Source: Auanema rhodensis
Taxonomy: Eukaryota > Animalia > Nematoda
NCBI GenBank assembly: GCA_964057225.1
Contig: OZ059897.1
Location: 21,948,001 to 22,012,000 of the forward strand
Reading direction: 5' to 3'
Length of the DNA stretch: 64,000 nucleotides
Shown: positions 54,001-64,000 of the stretch, piece after piece
How positions within the stretch are numbered: position 1 is the first letter of the stretch
Layout: the number at the start of each line of letters is the position of its first letter
Notes under the pieces: generated by a model
Database searches by the model: none
What the model was told of the DNA's origin: nothing
Seen by the model: the letters and a program-made list of their open reading frames with translations, nothing else
Made by a program: the position numbers and the translations under genes

Positions 54001-57000
54001 GACTTTGAAATTTACGTGAACTTTAATTTATGCTAATTAAATGTACACGTGATGTGCACTTGGTATGTAACTCGCTTCACGTGAAAGATAAAGAGATGCG
54101 GTTTTCAAAATTAGATTCCCCATGTCCATATTAGTCTAAAAACAAATTTTTATTGATATTGCTTCATGGTAACCATGACTTTGAAATTTACGTGAACTTT
54201 AATTTATGCTAATTAAATGTACACGTGATGTGCACTTGGTATGTAACTCGCTTCACGTGAAAGATAAAGAGATGCGGTTTTCAAAATTAGATTTCCCATG
54301 TCCATATTAGTCTAAAAACAAATTTTTATTGATATTGGTTCATGGTAACCATGACTTTGAAATTTACGTGAACTTTAATTTATGCTAATTAAATGTACAC
54401 GTGATGTGCACTTGGTATGTAACTCGCTTCACGTGAAAGATAAAGAGATGCGGTTTTCAAAATTAGATTCCCCATGTCCATATTAGTCTAAAAACAAATT
54501 TTTATTGATATTGGTGCATGGTAACCATGACTTTGAAATTTACGTGAACTTTAATTTATGCTAATTAAATGTACACGTGATGTGCACTTGGTATGTAACT
54601 CGCTTCACGTGAAAGATAAAGAGATGCGGTTTTCAAAATTAGATTCCCCATGTCCATATTAGTCTAAAAACAAATTTTTATTGATATTGGTTCATGGTAA
54701 CCATGACTTTGAAATTTACGTGAACTTTAATTTATGCTAATTAAATGTACACGTGATGTGCACTTGGTATGTAACTCGCTTCACGTGAAAGATAAAGAGA
54801 TGCGGTTTTCAAAATTAGATTCCCCATGTCCATATTAGTCTAAAAACAAATTTTTATTGATATTGGTGCATGGTAACCATGACTTTGAAATTTACGTGAA
54901 CTTTAATTTATGCTAATTAAATGTACACGTGATGTGCACTTGGTATGTAACTCGCTTCACGTGAAAGATAAAGAGATGAGGTTTTCAAAATTAGATTCCC
55001 CATGTCCATATTAGTCTAAAAACAAATTTTTATTGATATTGGTTCATGGTAACCATGACTTTGAAATTTACGTGAACTTTAATTTATGCTAATTAAATGT
55101 ACACGTGATGTGCACTTGGTATGTAACTCGCTTCACGTGAAAGATAAAGAGATGCGGTTTTCAAAATTAGATTCCCCATGTCCATATTAGTCTAAAAACA
55201 AATTTTTATTGATATTGGTGCATGGTAACCATGACTTTGAAATTTACGTGAACTTTAATTTATGCTAATTAAATGTACACGTGATGTGCACTTGGTATGT
55301 AACTCGCTTTACGTGAAAGATAAAGAGATGCGGTTTTCAAAATTAGATTCCCCATGTCCATATTAGTCTAAAAACAAATTTTTATTGATATTGGTTCATG
55401 GTAACCATGACTTTGAAATTTACGTGAACTTTAATTTATGCTAATTAAATGTACACGTGATGTGCACTTGGTATGTAACTCGCTTCACGTGAAAGATAAA
55501 GAGATGCGGTTTTCAAAATTAGATTCCCCAGGTCCATATTAGTCTAAAAACAAATTTTTATTGATATTGCTTCATGGTAACCATGACTTTGAAATTTACG
55601 TGAACTTTAATTTATGCTAATTAAATGTACACGTGATGTGCACTTGGTATGTAACTCGTTTCACGTGAAAGATAAAGAGATGCGGTTTTCAAAATTAGAT
55701 TCCCCATGTCCATATTAGTCTAAAAACAAATTTTTATTGATATTGGTGCATGGTAACCATGACTTTGAAATTTACGTGAACTTTAATTTATGCTAATTAA
55801 ATGTACACGTGATGTGCACTTGGTATGTAACTCGCTTCACGTGAAAGATAAAGAGATGCGGTATTCAAAATTAGATTCCCCAGGTCCATATTAGTCTAAA
55901 AACAAATTTTTATTGATATTGGTTCATGGTAACCATGACTTTGAAATTTACGTGAACTTTAATTTATGCTAATTAAATGTACACGTGATGTGCACTTGGT
56001 ATGTAACTCGCTTCACGTGAAAGATAAAGAGATGCGGTTTTCAAAATTAGATTCTCCATGTCCATATTAGTCTAAAAACAAATTTTTATTGATATTGGTT
56101 CATGGTAACCATGACTTTGAAATTTACGTGAACTTTAATTTATGCTAATTAAATGTACACGTGATGTGCACTTGGTATGTAACTCGCTTCACGTGAAAGA
56201 TAAAGAGATGCGGTTTTCAAAATTAGATTCCCCATGTCCATATTAGTCTAAAAACAAATTTTTATTGATATTGGTTCATGGTAACCATGACTTTGAAATT
56301 TACGTGAACTTTAATTTATGCTAATTAAATGTACACGTGATGTGCACTTGGTATGTAACTCGCTTCACGTGAAAGATAAAGAGATGCGGTATTCAAAATT
56401 AGATTCCCCAGGTCCATATTAGTCTAAAAACAAATTTTTATTGATATTGGTTCATGGTAACCATGACTTTGAAATTTACGTGAACTTTAATTTATGCTAA
56501 TTAAATGTACACGTGATGTGCACTTGGTATGTAACTCGCTTCACGTGAAAGATAAAGAGATGCGGTTTTCAAAATTAGATTCCCCATGTCCATATTAGTC
56601 TAAAAACAAATTTTTATTGATATTGGTGCATGGTCACCATGACTTTGAAATTTACGTGAACTTTAATTTATGCTAATTAAATGTACACGTGATGTGCACT
56701 TGGTATGTAACTCGCTTCACGTGAAAGATAAAGAGATGCGGTTTTCAAAATTAGATTCTCCATGTCCATATTAGCCTAAAAACAAATTTTTATTGATATT
56801 GGTTCATGGTAACCATGACTTTGAAATTTACGTGAACTTTAATTTATGCTAATTAAATGTACACGTGATGTGCACTTGGTATGTAACTCGCTTCACGTGA
56901 AAGATAAAGAGATGCGGTTTTCAAAATTAGATTTCCCATGTCCATATTAGTCTAAAAACAAATTTTTATTGATATTGGTTCATGGTAACCATGACTTTGA

Positions 57001-60000
57001 AATTTACGTGAACTTTAATTTATGCTAATTAAATGTACACGTGATGTGCACTTGGTATGTAACTCGCTTCACGTGAAAGATAAAGAGATGCGGTTTTCAA
57101 AATTAGATTCCCCATGTCCATATTAGTCTAAAAACAAATTTTTATTGATATTGGTGCATGGTAACCATGACTTTGAAATTTACGTGAACTTTAATTTATG
57201 CTAATTAAATGTACACGTGATGTGCACTTGGTATGTAACTCGCTTCACGTGAAAGATAAAGAGATGCGGTTTTCAAAATTAGATTCCCCATGTCCATATT
57301 AGTCTAAAAACAAATTTTTATTGATATTAGTTCATGGTAACCATGACTTTGAAATTTACGTGAACTTTAATTTATGCTAATTAAATGTACACGTGATGTG
57401 CACTTGGTATGTAACTCGCTTCACGTGAAAGATAAAGAGATGCGGTTTTCAAAATTAGATTCCCCATGTCCATATTAGTCTAAAAACAAATTTTTATTGA
57501 TATTGGTGCATGGTAACCATGACTTTGAAATTTACGTGAACTTTAATTTATGCTAATTAAATGTACACGTGATGTGCACTTGGTATGTAACTCGCTTCAC
57601 GTGAAAGATAAAGAGATGCGGTTTTCAAAATTAGATTCCCCATGTCCATATTAGTCTAAAAACAAATTTTTATTGATATTGGTGCATGGTAACCATGACT
57701 TTGAAATTTACGTGAACTTTAATTTATGCTAATTAAATGTACACGTGATGTGCACTTGGTATGTAACTCGCCTCACGTGAAAGATAAAGAGATGCGGTTT
57801 TCAAAATTAGATTCCCCATGTCCATATTAGTCTAAAAACAAATTTTTATTGATATTGGTGCATGGTAACCATGACTTTGAAATTTACGTGAACTTTAATT
57901 TATGCTAATTAAATGTACACGTGATGTGCACTTGGTATGTAACTCGCTTCACGTGAAAGATAAAGAGATGCGGTTTTCAAAATTAGATTCCCCATGTCCA
58001 TATTAGTCTAAAAACGAATTTTTATTGATATTGGTGCATGGTAACCACGACTTTGAAATTTACGTGAACTTTAATTTATGCTAATTAAATGTACACGTGA
58101 TGTGCACTTGGTATGTAACTCGCTTCACGTGAAAGATAAAGAGATGCGGTTTTCAAAATTAGATTCCTCATATCCATATTAGTCTAAAAACAAATTTTTA
58201 TTGATATTGGTTCATGGTAACCATGACTTTGAAATTTACGTGAACTTTAATTTATGCTAATTAAATGTACACGTGATGTGCACTTGGTATGTAACTCGCT
58301 TCACGTGAAAGATAAAGAGATGCGGTTTTCAAAATTAGATTTCCCATGTCCATATTAGTCTAAAAACAAATTTTTATTGATATTGGTTCATGGTAACCAT
58401 GACTTTGAAATTTACGTGAACTTTAATTTATGCTAATTAAATGTACACGTGATGTGCACTTGGTATGTAACTCGCTTCACGTGAAAGATAAAGAGATGCG
58501 GTTTTCAAAATTAGATTCCCCATGTCCATATTAGTCTAAAAACAAATTTTTATTGATATTGGTGCATGGTAACCATGACTTTGAAATTTACGTGAACTTT
58601 AATTTATGCTAATTAAATGTACACGTGATGTGCACTTGGTATGTAACTCGCTTCACGTGAAAGATAAAGAGATGCGGTTTTCAAAATTAGATTCTCCATG
58701 TCCATATTAGTCTAAAAACAAATTTTTATTGATATTGGTTCATGGTAACCATGACTTTGAAATTTACGTGAACTTTAATTTATGCTAATTAAATGTACAC
58801 GTGATGTGCACTTGGTATGTAACTCGCTTCACGTGAAAGATAAAGAGATGCGGTTTTCAAAATTAGATTCCCCATGTCCATATTAGTCTAAAAACAAATT
58901 TTTATTGATATTGCTTCATGGTAACCATGACTTTGAAATTTACGTGAACTTTAATTTATGCTAATTAAATGTACACGTGATGTGCACTTGGTATGTAACT
59001 CGCTTCACGTGAAAGATAAAGAGATGCGGTTTTCAAAATTAGATTCCCCATGTCCATATTAGTCTAAAAACAAATTTTTATTGATATTGCTTCATGGTAA
59101 CCATGACTTTGAAATTTACGTGAACTTTAATTTATTCTAATTAAATGTACACGTGATGTGCACTTGGTATGTAACTCGCTTCACGTGAAAGATAAAGAGA
59201 TGCGGTTTTCAAAATTAGATTCCCCATGTCCATATTAGTCTAAAAACAAATTTTTATTGATATTGGTGCATGGTAACCATGACTTTGAAATTTACGTGAA
59301 CTTTAATTTATGCTAATTAAATGTACACGTGATGTGCACTTGGTATGTAACTCGCTTTACGTGAAAGATAAAGAGATGCGGTTTTCAAAATTAGATTCCC
59401 CATGTCCATATTAGTCTAAAAACAAATTTTTATTGATATTGGTTCATGGTAACCATGACTTTGAAATTTACGTGAACTTTAATTTATGCTAATTAAATGT
59501 ACACGTGATGTGCACTTGGTATGTAACTCGCTTCACGTGAAAGATGAAGAGATGCGGTTTTCAAAATTAGATTCCCCATGTCCATATTAGTCTAAAAACA
59601 AATTTTTATTGATATTGGTGCATGGTAACCATGACTTTGAAATTTACGTGAACTTTAATTTATGCTAATTAAATGTACACGTGATGTGCACTTGGTATGT
59701 AACTCGCTTCACGTGAAAGATAAAGAGATGCGGTTTTCAAAATTAGATTGCCCATGTCCATATTAGTCTAAAAACAAATTTTTATTGATATTGGTTCATG
59801 GTAACCATGACTTTGAACTTTTCGTGAACTTTAATTTATGCTAATTAAATTTAGACGTGATGTGCACTTGGTATGTAACTCGCTTCACGTGAAAGATGAA
59901 GAGATGCGGTTTTCAAAATTAGATTCCCCATGTCCATATTAGTCTAAAAACAAATTTTTATTGATATTGGTGCATGGTAACCATGACTTTGAAATTTACG

Positions 60001-63000
60001 TGAACTTTAATTTATGCTAATTAAATGTACACGTGATGTGCACTCGGTATGTAACTCGCTTCACGTGAAAGATAAAGAGATGCGGTTTTCAAAATTAGAT
60101 TCCTCATGTCCATATTAGTCTAAAAACAAATTTTTATTGATATTGGTGCATGGTAACCATGACTTTGAAATTTACGTGAACTTTAATTTATGCTAATTAA
60201 ATGTACACGTGATGTGCACTTGGTATGTAACTCGCTTCACGTGAAAGATAAAGAGATGCGGTTTTCAAAATTAGATTGCCCATGTCCATATTAGTCTAAA
60301 AACAAATTTTTATTGATATTGGTTCATGGTAACCATGACTTTGAAATTTACGTGAACTTTAATTTATGCTAATTAAATGTACACGTGATGTGCACTTGGT
60401 ATGTAACTCTCTTCACGTGAAAGATAAAGAGATGCGGTTTTCAAAATTAGATTGCCCATGTCCATATTAGTCTAAAAACAAATTTTAATTGATATTGGTT
60501 CATGGTAACCATGACTTTGAAATTTACGTGAACTTTAATTTATGCTAATTAAATGTACACGTGATGTGCACTTGGTATGTAACTCGCTTCACGTGAAAGA
60601 TAAAGAGATGCGGTTTTCAAAATTAGATTCCCCATGTCCATATTAGTCTAAAAACGAATTTTTATTGATATTGGTGCATGGTAACCACGACTTTGAAATT
60701 TACGTGAACTTTAATTTATGCTAATTAAATGTACACGTGATGTGCACTTGGTATGTAACTCGCTTCACGTGAAAGATAAAGAGATGCGGTTTTCAAAATT
60801 AGATTCCCCATGTCCATATTAGTCTAAAAACAAATTTTTATTGATATTGGTTCATGGTAACCATGACTTTGAAATTTACGTGAACTTTAATTTATGCTAA
60901 TTAAATGTACACGTGATGTGCACTTGGTATGTAACTCGCTTCACGTGAAAGATAAAGGGATGCGGTTTTCAAAATTAGATTCCCCATGTCCATATTAGTC
61001 TAAAAACAAATTTTTATTGATATTGGTGCATGGTAACCATGACTTTGAAATTTACGTGAACTTTAATTTATGCTAATTAAATGTACACGTGATGTGCACT
61101 TGGTATGTAACTCGCTTCACGTGAAAGATGAAGAGATGCGGTTTTCAAAATTAGATTCCCCATGTCCATATTAGTCTAAAAACAAATTTTTATTGATATT
61201 GGTGCATGGTAACCATGACTTTGAAATTTACGTGAACTTTAATTTATGCTAATTAAATGTACACGTGATGTGCACTTGGTATGTAACTCGCCTCACGTGA
61301 AAGATAAAGAGATGCGGTTTTCAAAATTAGATTCCCCATGTCCATATTAGTCTAAAAACAAATTTTTATTGATATTGGTGCATGGTAACCATGACTTTGA
61401 AATTTACGTGAACTTTAATTTATGCTAATTAAATGTACACGTGATGTGCACTTGGTATGTAACTCGCTTCACGTGAAAGATAAAGAGATGCGGTTTTCAA
61501 AATTAGATTCCCCATGTCCATATTAGTCTAAAAACGAATTTTTATTGATATTGGTGCATGGTAACCACGACTTTGAAATTTACGTGAACTTTAATTTATG
61601 CTAATTAAATGTACACGTGATGTGCACTTGGTATGTAACTCGCTTCACGTGAAAGATAAAGAGATGCGGTTTTCAAAATTAGATTCCTCATATCCATATT
61701 AGTCTAAAAACAAATTTTTATTGATATTGGTTCATGGTAACCATGACTTTGAAATTTACGTGAACTTTAATTTATGCTAATTAAATGTACACGTGATGTG
61801 CACTTGGTATGTAACTCGCTTCACGTGAAAGATAAAGAGATGCGGTTTTCAAAAGTAGATTCCCCATGTCCATATTAGTCTAAAAACAAATTTTTATTGA
61901 TATTGGTTCATGGTAACCATGACTTTGAAATTTACGTGAACTTTAATTTATGCTAATTAAATGTACACGTGATGTGCACTTGGTATGTAACTCGCTTCAC
62001 GTGAAAGATAAAGAGATGCGGTTTTCAAAATTAGATTCCCCATGTCCATATTAGTCTAAAAACAAATTTTTATTGATATTGGTGCATGGTAACCATGACT
62101 TTGAAATTTACGTGAACTTTAATTTATGCTAATTAAATGTACACGTGATGTGCACTTGGTATGTAACTCGCTTCACGTGAAAGATAAAGAGATGCGGTTT
62201 TCAAAATTAGATTCTCCATGTCCATATTATTCTAAAAACAAATTTTTATTGATATTGGTGCATGGTAACCATGACTTTGAAATTTACGTGAACTTTAATT
62301 TATGCTAATTAAATGTACACGTGATGTGCACTTGGTATGTAACTCGCTTCACGTGAAAGATAAAGAGATGCGGTTTTCAAAATTAGATTCCCCATGTCCA
62401 TATTAGTCTAAAAACAAATTTTTATTGATATTGGTGCATGGTAACCATGACTTTGAAATTTACGTGAACTTTAATTTATGCTAATTAAATGTACACGTGA
62501 TGTGCACTTGGTATGTAACTCGCTTCACGTGAAAGATAAAGAGATGCGGTTTTCAAAATTAGATTCCCCATGTCCATATTAGTCTAAAAACAAATTTTTA
62601 TTGATATTGGTTCATGGTAACCATGACTTTGAAATTTACGTGAACTTTAATTTATGCTAATTAAATGTACACGTGATGTGCACTTGGTATGTAACTCGCT
62701 TCACGTGAAAGATAAAGAGATGCGGTTTTCAAAATTAGATCCTTCATGTCCATATTAGTCTAAAAACAAATTTTTATTGATATTGGTGCATGGTAACCAT
62801 GACTTTGAAATTTACGTGAACTTTAATTTATGCTAATTAAATGTACACGTGATGTGCACTTGGTATGTAACTCGCTTCACGTGAAAGATAAAGAGATGCG
62901 GTTTTCAAAATTAGATTCCCCATGTCCATATTAGTCTAAAAACAAATTTTTATTGATATTGGTTCATGGTAACCATGACTTTGAAATTTACGTGAACTTT

Positions 63001-64000
63001 AATTTATGCTAATTAAATGTACACGTGATGTGCACTTGGTAAGTAACTCGCTTCACGTGAAAGATAAAGAGATGCGGTTTTCAAAATTAGATTCCCCATG
63101 TCCATATTAGTCTAAAAACAAATTTTTATTGATATTGGTGCATGGTAACCATGACTTTGAAATTTACGTGAACTTTAATTTATGCTAATTAAATGTACAC
63201 GTGATGTGCACTTGGTATGTAACTCGCTTCACGTGAAAGATAAAGAGATGCGGTTTTCAAAATTAGATTCCCCATGTCCATATTAGTCTAAAAACAAATT
63301 TTTATTGATATTGGTTCATGGTAACCATGACTTTGAAATTTACGTGAACTTTAATTTATGCTAATTAAATGTACACGTGATGTGCACTTGGTATGTAACT
63401 CGCTTCACGTAAAAGATAAAAAGATGCGGTTTTCAAAATTAGATTCCCCATGTCCATATTAGTCTAAAAACAAATTTTTATTGATATTGGTGCATGGTAA
63501 CCATGACTTTGAATTTTACGTGAACTTTAATTTATGCTAATTAAATGTACACGTGATGTGCACTTGGTATGTAACTCGCTTCACGTGAAAGATAAAGAGA
63601 TGCGGTTTTCAAAATTAGATTCCCCATGTCCATATTAGTCTAAAAACAAATTTTTATTGATATTGGTTCATGGTAACCATGACTTTGAAATTTACGTGAA
63701 CTTTAATTTATGCTAATTAAATGTACACGTGATGTGCACTTGGTATGTAACTCGCTTCACGTGAAAGATAAAGAGAAGCGGTTCTCAAAATTAGATTCCC
63801 CATGTCCATATTAGTCTAAAAACAAATTTTTATTGATATTGCTTCATGGTAACCATGACTTTGAAATTTACGTGAACTTTAATTTATGCTAATTAAATGT
63901 ACACGTGATGTGCACTTGGTATGTAACTCGCTTCACGTGAAAGATAAAGAGATGCGGTTTTCAAAATTAGATTCCCCATGTCCATATTAGTCTAAAAACA
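30090..64000 (+). repeat. 176-bp tandem satellite array, right arm (~193 monomers)
   Basis: Same monomer and orientation. It resumes at monomer position 33 (30090) and the next monomer starts at 30234. The only indel I saw is a 2-bp deletion at ~38050 (ttggtgtaac vs ttggtatgtaac). The array runs off the window end. Confidence 0.99.

Overview
Eukaryotic (metazoan) satellite DNA. About 59.3 kb of the window is one head-to-tail array of a 176-bp, ~32% GC monomer (~337 copies, all in one orientation, usually 0-3 substitutions from consensus). It is interrupted once, at 25428-30089, by an apparently full-length 4,662-bp CR1-group non-LTR retrotransposon on the + strand. The element has a 5' UTR, an ORF1 split by a single frameshift, an intact APE-endonuclease/reverse-transcriptase ORF2, a 541-bp 3' UTR ending AATAAA-CCTTGAC with no poly(A), and a 5-bp TAATT target-site duplication. 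Shared point variants show nested block duplications of 5, 6, 7, 12, 20, 74 and 104 monomers, and two variant domains that meet at a 45-bp register break ~450 bp left of the LINE. The best candidate for an undescribed system is a satellite-resident, possibly satellite-targeting, CR1 LINE. Its 3' terminus matches an arm of the satellite's dyad at 9/10 bases, is complementary to a repeated motif in its own 5' UTR, and its ORF1 ends in an SPKK/AT-hook-like basic tail. This rests on one insertion and is a hypothesis. Host and centromeric function cannot be established from the sequence alone.
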